Positions 34,888-44,333 are shown, counted from the stretch's first letter. The stretch is 64,000 nucleotides of DNA from an uncultured Bacteroidaceae bacterium (GCA_963777115.1 CAVZPP010000002.1:456349-520348); one strand, 5' to 3'. Numbers and translations: made by a program. The notes: generated from the letters alone by a model not told the origin.

Positions 34888-36979
34888 ATGCTCGTCCGGG
34901 AACTTGTCCAACCACAAAGTATTGCCGTAATTGGAGGATCGAACAACCTTCAGAAACCGGGAGGAAAGATCCTTCAAAATCTTCTGGAGGGAAATTTCCC
35001 AGGTAAAATATTTGTTGTCAATCCCAGGGAAGAAACCATACAGGATATTCAATGCCATCCGGATGTTTCTTCACTACCCGGTGTTGACATGGCAATTCTG
35101 GCCATCCCTGCCCGTTTCTGCCTGGAAACGGTGGAAATCCTGGCAAGAGATAAAGCTACTCGTGGTTTCATAATTCTTTCCGCAGGATTTGCCGAGGAAA
35201 GCGAGGAAGGCCGCGCATTGGAACAAAAAATCACAGAGGTTGTAAACTCGGTTAATGGAACATTGATTGGCCCTAATTGCATAGGGGTGATAAATCCGGC
35301 TTACAGAGGTGTTTTCACAAGTCCCATTCCAAAACTGGATCCTTACGGTTGTGATTTTGTTTCCGGATCCGGGGCGACAGCTGTTTTTATTATGGAGGCC
35401 GGGATTCCAAATGGACTCACGTTCTCCTCTGTATATTCAGTTGGCAACAGTGCCCAGACCGGGGTTGAGGACGTGCTTGTCCACCTGGACGAGACCTTTG
35501 ACCCTGAGAAAAGCAGCCGGGTGATTCTGCTTTACCTTGAAACGGTCGAAAAACCTGAGCTTCTTTTGAAACACGCATCCTCCTTACGAAGGAAGGGATG
35601 TAATATTGCTGCTATAAAGTCGGGTACCACAGAAGCCGGCAGCCGTGCGGCCTCCTCCCATACCGGTGCCCTGGCAAGTCCGGATATTGCTGTTGAGGCC
35701 CTCCTGGGAAAAGCTGGGATAGTCCGCTGCAAAAGCCGGGAGGAACTGGTAGCTGTGGCTTCGGTTTTCCAACACAGGAAACTGGAAGGCAGGAGACTGG
35801 CAATTATAACTCATGCAGGGGGACCGGCAGTAATGCTGACGGATGTGCTGTCTGATGAGGGACTTGAGGTTCCACGTATTGAAAGTGAAAGGGCGGAGAA
35901 CTGCTTGAGAAGCTGCACCCGGGATCATCCGTGGCAAATCCCATTGATATCCTGGCAACCGGAACGGCCGAACAACTCGGCATAGTTATAGATTACTGTG
36001 AGAATGAGTTTGAGGAAATTGACGGGATGATTGTGATTTTTGGTACTCCCGGATTGTTCAAGGTAAATGATGTGTACAGGACCCTTGACGGGAAAATGAA
36101 ATCATGTAGTAAACCCATATTTCCGGTTCTTCCTTCGGTAGTCAACGCGAGGGAAGAGATCGATGAATTCCTCTCCCTGGGAAGAATAAATTTTCCGGAC
36201 GAGGTCCGGCTGGGCAGGGCGCTTGCTAAAGTTTACCATTCCCGGCACAAATTCCAGGCGGATAGAAAACACCGGATGAAAACGAATCCCCCATCCTGGT
36301 AAGTGTAATAAAAATCAGGGAGATAATGGATGATTTAATCGAACGATACCCGGGTGGATACCTGGCTCCCGGGCATGTCCAGGAACTGTTGGACGCAGCC
36401 GGAATTCCCCGTACCCGTGAATTTGTTGTTAATACCAGGGAGGATGCAGTTGCCAAATCCGGGGAGCTTGGTTTACCGGTGGTAATGAAGGTAGTGGGAC
36501 CCGTACATAAATCCGATGTTGGAGGGGTGGTTTTGGGAGTGGATACAGTGGACAGGGTTTCGGAGGAGTTCGAAAGGATGATTCAGATTCCCCGCACCGA
36601 AGCAATTCTCATTCAACCAATGCTATCAGGAACCGAACTTTTTGCCGGAGCCAAACGGGAAGAAAAATTCGGACATCTTGTACTCTGTGGAATGGGTGGG
36701 ATATTTGTGGAGGTACTCAAGGATGTGAGAGCGGGACTGGCACCACTTACCCAGGCAGAAGCCCTGGGGATGATAAGACAGCTCAAAAGCTACAAGGTTA
36801 TTCAGGGTGTAAGGGGACAGGAAGGGGTGGATGAGAGCGCCTGGGCGGATATTCTTGTACGGCTTTCCCAGCTGGTAAAAACAGCCCCTGAAATAATTGA
36901 AATGGACCTGAATCCACTGCTTGGCAAGAAAGATGTTATTCTGGCCGTGGATGCCAGAATCCGCTTAGAAACAAACTAA
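34888..36979 (+). pseudogene. ADP-forming acetyl/acyl-CoA synthetase (fused alpha-beta), split by two frameshifts
   Basis: CoA-binding and ligase-CoA domains (IAVIGGS, GPNCIG, catalytic-His loop SSHTGALAS), then an ATP-grasp domain (VMKVVGPVHKSDVGGV). ORFs 34888-35985, 35931-36302 and 36326-36979 join into one roughly 700-aa protein after -1 corrections at 35886-35900 and at the A4 run 36266-36269. Confidence 0.85.
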
Positions 36980-36995
36980 AACCAGAAATCTCAAA

Positions 36996-38318
36996 ATGAA
37001 TAAGAATGCAATAATAAATCCCGAAATCGTTGATGCAAAGATTGGTGAGATGGGGATAGCTAACCTGGGTGTGGCTAAGATCCGGGAAGTGGTGAAACTT
37101 GTCAACGGTTTGATGGAGGAAAGCGGGGAGGAGTTTATCCGGATGGAGATGGGTGTACCCGGACTTGAGCCGGCAGCAGTCGGTACGGAGGCAGAGATTG
37201 AAGCCCTGAAAAAAGGGGTGGCCTCGAAATATGCCAACATTGAAGGAATTCCTGAATTCAAGCAGGAGGTCTCACGGTTTGTGAAACTTTTCCTGGATAT
37301 TGATGTATCTCCCGAATCATGCGTGCCGACTGTAGGCAGCATGCAGGGGAGCATAGCCTCTTTTATGGTGGCAAACCGGAATGCCCATAACCGGGAAGGT
37401 ACCTTGTTCCTGGATCCTGGATTCCCGGTGCAGAAACAGCAATGCATTGTGCTCGGACATACCTACCGGGCATTTGATGTGTACAATTACAGGGGAGCCA
37501 AACTGGAAAAGAAAATGAGGGAGTTTCTTGACACGGGAATGGTGTCCACTATTCTGTATTCCAATCCAAATAATCCCTCATGGATATGTTTTACCGAAGA
37601 AGAACTGAAAATCATTGGCGAACTGGCCTATGAATATGATGTAGTCGTGATTGAAGACCTGGCTTATTTCGGAATGGACTTCCGGAAAGATATTTCAGAA
37701 CCCGGGAAACCCCCATTCCAGAGTACAGTAGCCAAATATACAGATAATTACATTTTGCTTATTTCCAGTTCCAAAACATTTTCTTACGCCGGACAAAGGA
37801 CCGGAATGATGGTCATGTCCGACCATCTTTTCAACCGCCGGTATCCCGACCTGCTTCGTTTTTTTACATCAGACAAATTCGGACAAGCCATGATTTACGG
37901 AGCTCTTTATGCCCTGTCAGCCGGTACCTCTCATTCGGCCCAGTATGCTGTTGCTGCCATTCTAAAAGCAGCCAATGATGGAGCCTTTAATATCGTCGAA
38001 GAAGTCAGAGAATATGCCGAGCGTGCCCGGATCATGAAAAAGTTATTCACAGAAAATGGATTTTTAATTGTTTATGACAGGGACATCGACAAAGAACTTT
38101 CCGATGGATTCTATTTTACCTTCAGCTATCCCGGTTTCACAGGTGCAGAGCTGCTGAGAGAAATGCTCTGTTATGGCATTTCATCTATTACACTGGAGAT
38201 TACAGGTAGCGAGAGGAAGGAGGGATTAAGGGCCTGCGTTTCCCAGGTTCACCTTGACCAGATGACTCTGTTGGAGAATCGTTTACAGAAATTCCAAAAA
38301 GATCATCCTGTTTCATAA
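36996..38318 (+). CDS. PLP-dependent aminotransferase (class I/II fold)
   Basis: 440 aa. NPNNPS, and SSSKTFSYAGQRTG with the Schiff-base Lys. Confidence 0.8.
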   Translation: MNKNAIINPEIVDAKIGEMGIANLGVAKIREVVKLVNGLMEESGEEFIRMEMGVPGLEPAAVGTEAEIEALKKGVASKYANIEGIPEFKQEVSRFVKLFLDIDVSPESCVPTVGSMQGSIASFMVANRNAHNREGTLFLDPGFPVQKQQCIVLGHTYRAFDVYNYRGAKLEKKMREFLDTGMVSTILYSNPNNPSWICFTEEELKIIGELAYEYDVVVIEDLAYFGMDFRKDISEPGKPPFQSTVAKYTDNYILLISSSKTFSYAGQRTGMMVMSDHLFNRRYPDLLRFFTSDKFGQAMIYGALYALSAGTSHSAQYAVAAILKAANDGAFNIVEEVREYAERARIMKKLFTENGFLIVYDRDIDKELSDGFYFTFSYPGFTGAELLREMLCYGISSITLEITGSERKEGLRACVSQVHLDQMTLLENRLQKFQKDHPVS

Positions 38319-38415
38319 CAGCCCTTAAGTGATATTTATCATACAGGTCTGGCGATGGACTATAAAATAGAATTACTATTTTTGATTGTTTTAATGCCAA
38401 ATAAATACATCTCAT

Positions 38416-38646
38416 ATGGCTAAGCAACGAGGAGCGATTGTTGTTGATATTGAACGTTGCAAAGGCTGCGAACTCTGTATAGAGTCTTGTCCTACCAGCG
38501 TTATCCGAATGGAAAGAAAAGTGAATGGGAAAGGTTACCACTTTGCCTACATGGAAAATCCGGCAGATTGCACAGGTTGTAGTAATTGTGGCATTGTATG
38601 CCCGGACGGAGTAATTTCAGTTTACCGGATGAAAGTTGAAGTATAA
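38416..38646 (+). CDS. 2-oxoacid:ferredoxin oxidoreductase delta subunit (2x[4Fe-4S] ferredoxin)
   Basis: 76 aa. CKGCELCIESCP and CTGCSNCGIVCP. Confidence 0.8.
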   Translation: MAKQRGAIVVDIERCKGCELCIESCPTSVIRMERKVNGKGYHFAYMENPADCTGCSNCGIVCPDGVISVYRMKVEV

Positions 38647-38664
38647 GGACATTATCAAAATCAA

Positions 38665-39735
38665 ATGAAGAAAGAACTTCGATTAATGAAGGGAAATGAG
38701 GCAATTGCCGAAGCTGCAATCAGGGCGGGGGCGGATGCTTATTTTGGATACCCTATAACACCACAGTCAGAAGTACTCGAGTATCTGATGCTCGAAAAGC
38801 CCGAAGAACGTACCGGTATGGTTGTTTTGCAGGCCGAGAGTGAGCTGGGAGCGATCAATATGGTCTTCGGAGCTGCCTCAGCAGGCCGAAAGGTTATTAC
38901 CACCTCCTCAAGTCCGGGTATTTCCCTCTACCAGGAAGCAATCTCATATATTGCCGGCGCCGAGCTGCCATGTGTTATTGCTAATGTTGTGCGCGGTGGC
39001 CCTGGACTGGGAACCATACAGCCCTCACAGGCAGATTATTTTCAATCCACCAAAGGAGGAGGTCACGGAGATTATCATTTGCTTGTTTTAGCCCCGGCCT
39101 CCGTCCAGGAAATGGCAGATTTCGTGAAACTAGGATTCGACCTGGCCTTTAAATACCGGAATCCTGTGATGCTGCTGACAGATGGACTCATAGGTCAGAT
39201 TATGGAGAAGGTCGAGCTTTTCGAGCAGATCCCAAGGGCAACAGAATTTGATCAGAGCTGGGCAGCTACAGGAAAAACTCCCGACCGCGAACGAAATATT
39301 CTGACTTCCCTGAATCTTCAGGCAGAGGAGCAGGAGAGACATAATGTGAAACTGCAGGAGAAATACAAGAAAATGCAATCAGAAGTTCGGTTCGAGGAAA
39401 TTGAATGCGAAGACGCTGAATACCTGCTTGTTGCCTACGGATCCAGCGCCCGGATATGTCAGAAAACCGTTCAGCTTGCCCGTGATAAGGGGATTAAAGT
39501 TGGACTTTTCAGGCCTGTTACTCTATATCCATACCCTTACGGGAAGCTAAACGAAATGGCTGATCAGGTAAAGGGCATGCTCTCCGTTGAAATGAGCACC
39601 GGACAGATGGTTGAGGACGTGCGATTGGCAGTAAACGGAAAGATACCGGTTGAACATTATGGCCGTTTCGGGGGAATGGTCCACTCACCGCGAGAGGTGC
39701 TTGCAGCCCTGGAAGAAAAAATCGTAAAAAACTAA
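38665..39735 (+). CDS. 2-oxoacid:ferredoxin oxidoreductase alpha subunit (VorB/KorA-like)
   Basis: 356 aa. MKGNEAIAEAAIRAGADAYFGYPITPQSE N-terminus typical of OFOR alpha subunits. Confidence 0.85.
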   Translation: MKKELRLMKGNEAIAEAAIRAGADAYFGYPITPQSEVLEYLMLEKPEERTGMVVLQAESELGAINMVFGAASAGRKVITTSSSPGISLYQEAISYIAGAELPCVIANVVRGGPGLGTIQPSQADYFQSTKGGGHGDYHLLVLAPASVQEMADFVKLGFDLAFKYRNPVMLLTDGLIGQIMEKVELFEQIPRATEFDQSWAATGKTPDRERNILTSLNLQAEEQERHNVKLQEKYKKMQSEVRFEEIECEDAEYLLVAYGSSARICQKTVQLARDKGIKVGLFRPVTLYPYPYGKLNEMADQVKGMLSVEMSTGQMVEDVRLAVNGKIPVEHYGRFGGMVHSPREVLAALEEKIVKN

Positions 39736-39737
39736 TA

Positions 39738-40526
39738 ATGGAACTTAAGGATATACAAAAGGAGATCATCAAACCGGAAAACCTGGTTTATGAGAAGAGT
39801 CCATTGATGACCGATACTCCGCTTACCTATTGTCCCGGTTGTGGACATGGAGTGGTACACCAGCTCATGGCCCAGGTAATTGAAGAACTGGATATACAAT
39901 CCGATACCATCGGGGTTGCCCCTGTTGGATGTTCTGTGCTGGCCTATGAGTTTATTCATATAGACTGGCTGCAGGCTCCCCATGGCCGGGCCCCGGCTGT
40001 GGCAACCGGTTTGAAGCGTACCATGCCTGATAAATATATCTTTACCTACCAGGGTGATGGCGACCTTGCAGCGATCGGGACAAACGAAACTATCCATGCC
40101 TGTAACCGGGGTGAAAACATTACCATTATTTTTATCAATAACGGGATTTACGGGATGACAGGGGGACAAATGGCACCGACTACACTGGTGGGAATGCCTA
40201 CTTCAACTTCCCCCTATGGGCGCAATGCTGAAACTATGGGAAATCCCATTAAGATTTCTGAACTGGTAGCTCATCTTCCCGGCACCTACTATATAACCAG
40301 GCAGGCTGTACATACTCCGGGAAATGTAAGAAAAACAAAAAAGGCTATCAAGAAGGCCTTTGAAAACCAGAAGCTAAAGAAAGGTGTATCTCTTGTTGAG
40401 GTTGTTTCAAATTGCAATTCCGGATGGAAAATGACTCCTGTCAGGTCCAACAAATGGATGGAGGAAAATATGTTCCCATATTATCCCCTGGGAGATATTA
40501 AGATTGAAGGGGAAATCGTGAAATAA
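39738..40526 (+). CDS. 2-oxoacid:ferredoxin oxidoreductase beta subunit (TPP-binding)
   Basis: 262 aa. CPGCGHG and GDGD...NNGIYGMTGGQ thiamine-diphosphate motif. Confidence 0.85.
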   Translation: MELKDIQKEIIKPENLVYEKSPLMTDTPLTYCPGCGHGVVHQLMAQVIEELDIQSDTIGVAPVGCSVLAYEFIHIDWLQAPHGRAPAVATGLKRTMPDKYIFTYQGDGDLAAIGTNETIHACNRGENITIIFINNGIYGMTGGQMAPTTLVGMPTSTSPYGRNAETMGNPIKISELVAHLPGTYYITRQAVHTPGNVRKTKKAIKKAFENQKLKKGVSLVEVVSNCNSGWKMTPVRSNKWMEENMFPYYPLGDIKIEGEIVK

Positions 40527-40610
40527 GTACCTAATAAAAACGAAGTAGAAGTAAAAAGCTGAATTGCAGATTGAAACAAATATCTGGCCTGGTAAAAAGA
40601 AAAAATAGTT

Positions 40611-41156
40611 ATGACTGAAGAATTAATTGTAGCAGGATTCGGGGGACAGGGAGTTCTATCCCTTGGAAAAATCCTTGCCTATTCCGGGATAATGCAGGAT
40701 ATGGAGGTCAGCTGGTTTCCGTCATATGGACCTGAAATGAGGGGAGGGACTGCAAATGTAACGGTCATACTCTCAGAAGACAGAGTTAGTTCACCCGTTT
40801 TGAATGAATACGATACAGCCATTATTCTGAATCAGCAGTCCATGGATAAGTTTGAATCTACCGTTAAGCCGGGTGGGTTATTGCTTTATGACGGAAATGG
40901 CATCACCACGCATCCATCGAGGAAAGATATTGAGATTTACAGGATCGATGCAGCCGATGAGGCCAGTAAAATGTCTTCTACCCGGACCTTCAATATGATC
41001 GTGCTGGGGGGATACCTCAAAATCAAACCGATAGTAAAACTGGAGAATGTATTAGCGGGACTGAAAAAATCACTTCCCCCTCGCTATCATCACCTGATCC
41101 CTGTAAATGAGGAAGCCGTCAAGCGCGGAATGGAAGTTGTCTACAAGATAACCTGA
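40611..41156 (+). CDS. 2-oxoacid:ferredoxin oxidoreductase gamma subunit
   Basis: 181 aa. GFGGQGVLSLGKILA...YGPEMRGGTA motif. Confidence 0.85.
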   Translation: MTEELIVAGFGGQGVLSLGKILAYSGIMQDMEVSWFPSYGPEMRGGTANVTVILSEDRVSSPVLNEYDTAIILNQQSMDKFESTVKPGGLLLYDGNGITTHPSRKDIEIYRIDAADEASKMSSTRTFNMIVLGGYLKIKPIVKLENVLAGLKKSLPPRYHHLIPVNEEAVKRGMEVVYKIT

Positions 41157-41173
41157 GCAATCTGCTTTAATCG

Positions 41174-42201
41174 CTAATTGTTTAAATCATCCGGATCAAT
41201 GGAACTTCCCTTATGGATGATCATGCGGTATTTCAATACTGTGGGTGTCTCCGTCGGAATGTTTACCAGTCCGGTACCGGGAAAAACAATATTTTGCATG
41301 CTGTTTTTGTTGTCTCAAAATCCATGTTGCCAGGGTAGTTCGGAGTGTCCGGATGGCAGAGAATGGTCACCCCATTTGGTTCCTGACTTTCCTCCATAAG
41401 AACAGTGTTTGCTCCAAGGGAGCCTGAGAAATCCATCCATGGTCCAGCTTCGAGTTGGAGATTCTGGGGACTGACCACACCGGTTTCAGAAGTAAAAATC
41501 AGGTCCTCCGGCAACTTGAGCCGGGCACTGAATCCTCCGTATCCTTTTGCATCATCTGATCCTCCCATTTTTAAACCGGGTACGAGGGCAGTGAGGGAAA
41601 TTTCGAAATCAATAATTCTATGTGTTTTCAGTTCTGGGATGGACGATGATGGTGGTTTGTTCCTCCAGGAAGGATCCTGTATTATTCTGGGAAGTATTAT
41701 TTTTTGAGGAAGCGCTGTTTTCCACGGAGGCATTATTAGCCAATGCTGTGGAAATCCAGGTGGCCATTATATTGATACCGCTCCGCTGGGATCCAGTTCT
41801 GTTTCCACGGAAGTGACATCCTGTTTAATCCCGTCCATCATCCATTGGTCTCCAAGGTTCAGATCATCCATGAATAATTGATGCCAGGCCCAGAAAACTC
41901 CCCTGTGGTGGAAATGATCATCCGGGAATTCCTCGCTCAGTGTATCTCCGTTCAGGTTGTAAAGAGGGTGGAGGTAATTATTAAAATAGTAATCACCCTG
42001 CCTGCTTTTGGGCTCTCTCTGATAAAAGAATACCGGTTTGCCGTTTTCCAGCAATTCAAACCCCTGACTGTTCTCCTGGGTTGAAAAGATGGTTTCGCCG
42101 GACTGGGATTTGGATTCTGTTTTGGATTCAGCTTTTGATCCCGAACCACAGCTCCATAGCAACAGCGTGCCAAGTGCCAGGTAAATAATGTTTTTTTTCA
42201 T
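41174..42201 (-). pseudogene. PmoA-like (DUF6807) lipoprotein, disrupted by three frame changes
   Basis: Lipoprotein signal (LLLWSCGS). HFHHRGVFWAWH and ...IDFEISLTAL...YGGFSARL blocks as in DUF6807/PF14100. The middle segment (INIMATWISTALANN...TTIIVHPRTEN) and the C-terminus (GTGLVNIPTETPTVLKYRMIIHKGSSIDPDDLNN*) are readable only in other frames. Confidence 0.55.
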
Positions 42202-42291
42202 TGGGTGTTTTTATCAATATTATCTTTTCCTGTACATGTACCTGTAGCTTTACCTTAACCAGCGAACAATCCCGATTTCAGTCAATAAATC

Positions 42292-44151
42292 TCAGTTAAC
42301 TGCCAGTTCCCATTTCTCAACCAGGTATTCAACGATACGCTGGGAATAACTGTACTGTTCCTGAGTAGACAGGTAGACAATTGCATCTTTTATCCTGGGA
42401 TCATCCATGTTGTGCAGCTCAACGATATTTAGTCCATGACAGATGGCCTTATCCTCCGGGTATGCCAAAACCTTTAACATGGCTTTGCACGCAATCTCCT
42501 TTTCTCCCAGCACAAGCAAGGCTTCTGCTGCGGTTGCAATGACATCCGGCGATTCATCATTCAGAACTTCCATGAGTTCTGCTTTTGAGGGAGCAGCTTT
42601 TTCTCCCAGGATCAGCAGTCCGGTTGCACCCCAGTAGCGAACAGCGCTGTCCTTGTTTTTCAAGTATTCTGTCAGGATGCCGAGGTTATTTTCCTCACCC
42701 AGGGAGGCTATTTCTGCGGCCTCGATTAACTCATCCAGGGGAACCTTCCCTGAGCGCATATAATCATAGGCATTGCTGCCTTCAGTTCTCCTGACCAGGT
42801 CTCCTTCAGGAATAAATCCTGCATCCGAGATGCTCAGCAACCAGTCCACATTTGCCTTTCTCATTCGCTCAAGAATATCCTGGTATGCAGGATCTCCTGC
42901 CAGGTTATTGACTTCCCATGGATCATTTTCCGTATCGTATAACTCTTCATGAGCTTTCGTGTTCCAGAATATGCTTTGGGCCTCGTTACACTCCCCTGCA
43001 AGGTATGCGGCTTCCCAGGAGCGAAGAGAAGGAGCTCTCCATAAAAATCTTAACCTCTGACCGTAAACGCGGTGGGGATTGTAATTCTTAATATACCTGT
43101 AGGTATGATCCTTGACTGCCCGGCACATGTCGTATCGTTCATCCATTCTTCCTCTGAACATGTAGGCATACTCGGGATCTGCTGTTTTTTGTTCTCCCAG
43201 GAATGCATTTCCCTGGAGATAATCAGGGACCGGGGTTCCTGTGATGCTAAGGAGGGTGGGGGTCAGGTCAACAAAACTGATGATACGGTTTACCTGTGAT
43301 CCCGGCTGTTTTGCCGGGTAGAGGTACTTGTATTTTTCAGGGATTCGAACAATGAATGGAACATGGGTTCCTGATTCATATACAAACCTTTTGCTTCGGC
43401 CCAGCACTCCACCATGATCTCCGTAATAGAACACAATGGTATTATCAGCCAGTCCATCTGCCTCCAGTTGCTGAAGAATCTCACCAACCTCCGAATCCAT
43501 TTGAGTAATCTTATCATAATATTGTGCCCAGTCATGACGCATATCTTCTGTGTCAGGATGATAGGGTGGGAGTTTCATTTCTTCCGGCCTGTGGATCAGT
43601 TCATCTGTGGGCACGGATTTGTGAATGGAACTTTCATGGCTGGTGCCGATATTCTTTATGTGAAAGAATGGTTGTCCCTCGCCCCGCTTACTGTAATGGG
43701 CATTTTTACTCGACTCATCCCAGAGTCCATCCGGCTGTGAATTGGTATTGTAATCGGTCTTGGAATTATTAGTACAGTAATATCCCATTTCTTTCAGGTA
43801 TTCCGGATACATCCTGACCGTCTCGGAGAGTGGGTATTTGCTTCTCATATGCTGGCAGCCGTTAGAATTAGCGTATACCCCGGAAATGATGGTATTCCGG
43901 GCGGGAGCGCATACCGGTGCATTGGCATAGGCATGGGTATACAAAAAACCTTCCTCGGCGAGTCCATCCAGGTTCGGGGTTACTGCAAGCTCATCTCCGT
44001 AACAATTGAGAAAGGGACTGTTGTCCTCGCTGACAATCCACAGAATATTTGGTAACTCCTCCGGAATGGCATCCTGGCATCCGGGAAAAACAAATAAGGC
44101 CAGCACCGCAAAAATGGATGCTATCTTCGAAAGGTTTCTTTTTAGTGACAT
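42292..44151 (-). CDS. Cys-type (formylglycine) sulfatase with a C-terminal HEAT-repeat domain
   Basis: 619 aa. Signal peptide. NILWIVSEDNSP...PVCAPARNTIISG (C-x-P/A-x-R FGly motif). C-terminal roughly 150 aa with a HEAT-like DSAVRYWGATGLLILGEKAAP repeat. Confidence 0.85.
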   Translation of the reverse strand: MSLKRNLSKIASIFAVLALFVFPGCQDAIPEELPNILWIVSEDNSPFLNCYGDELAVTPNLDGLAEEGFLYTHAYANAPVCAPARNTIISGVYANSNGCQHMRSKYPLSETVRMYPEYLKEMGYYCTNNSKTDYNTNSQPDGLWDESSKNAHYSKRGEGQPFFHIKNIGTSHESSIHKSVPTDELIHRPEEMKLPPYHPDTEDMRHDWAQYYDKITQMDSEVGEILQQLEADGLADNTIVFYYGDHGGVLGRSKRFVYESGTHVPFIVRIPEKYKYLYPAKQPGSQVNRIISFVDLTPTLLSITGTPVPDYLQGNAFLGEQKTADPEYAYMFRGRMDERYDMCRAVKDHTYRYIKNYNPHRVYGQRLRFLWRAPSLRSWEAAYLAGECNEAQSIFWNTKAHEELYDTENDPWEVNNLAGDPAYQDILERMRKANVDWLLSISDAGFIPEGDLVRRTEGSNAYDYMRSGKVPLDELIEAAEIASLGEENNLGILTEYLKNKDSAVRYWGATGLLILGEKAAPSKAELMEVLNDESPDVIATAAEALLVLGEKEIACKAMLKVLAYPEDKAICHGLNIVELHNMDDPRIKDAIVYLSTQEQYSYSQRIVEYLVEKWELAVN

Positions 44152-44221
44152 ATTCAGGTTGATTTAGTGTTCAATTTGTACTTATAAAAATAAGGAAATT
44201 AATGGCATTTGACGAGATTAT

Positions 44222-44304
44222 CTCAGTACTAAAGAAACTAACTCAGTGCTAAAAGAAACTAACTCAGTATTAAAAGAAACTAACTCAGTGCTAAAAGAAA
44301 TGAA
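44222..44304. repeat. four tandem copies of a 21-bp unit (first copy 20 bp)
   Basis: CTCAGTACTAAAGAAACTAA / CTCAGTGCTAAAAGAAACTAA / CTCAGTATTAAAAGAAACTAA / CTCAGTGCTAAAAGAAATGAA, read directly. Intergenic, 71-153 nt upstream of the sulfatase start. Confidence 0.9.
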
Positions 44305-44333
44305 TCCGTTACTTACTGGGACAAATTGAATTT

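Noticed and set aside
36965-37447. 160-aa minus-strand ORF
   Set aside because: It is antisense to the 5' part of the aminotransferase gene. Its S/P/T-rich composition is typical of a shadow ORF.
41178-41427. Plus-strand ORFs of 73 and 60 aa just after the OFOR gamma gene
   Set aside because: They are antisense to the frame-shifted C-terminal part of the DUF6807 gene, which is clearly readable on the minus strand.
44222-44304. A possible CRISPR array
   Set aside because: The 21-bp units are directly contiguous with no spacers, and there are no cas genes nearby. This is a simple tandem repeat.
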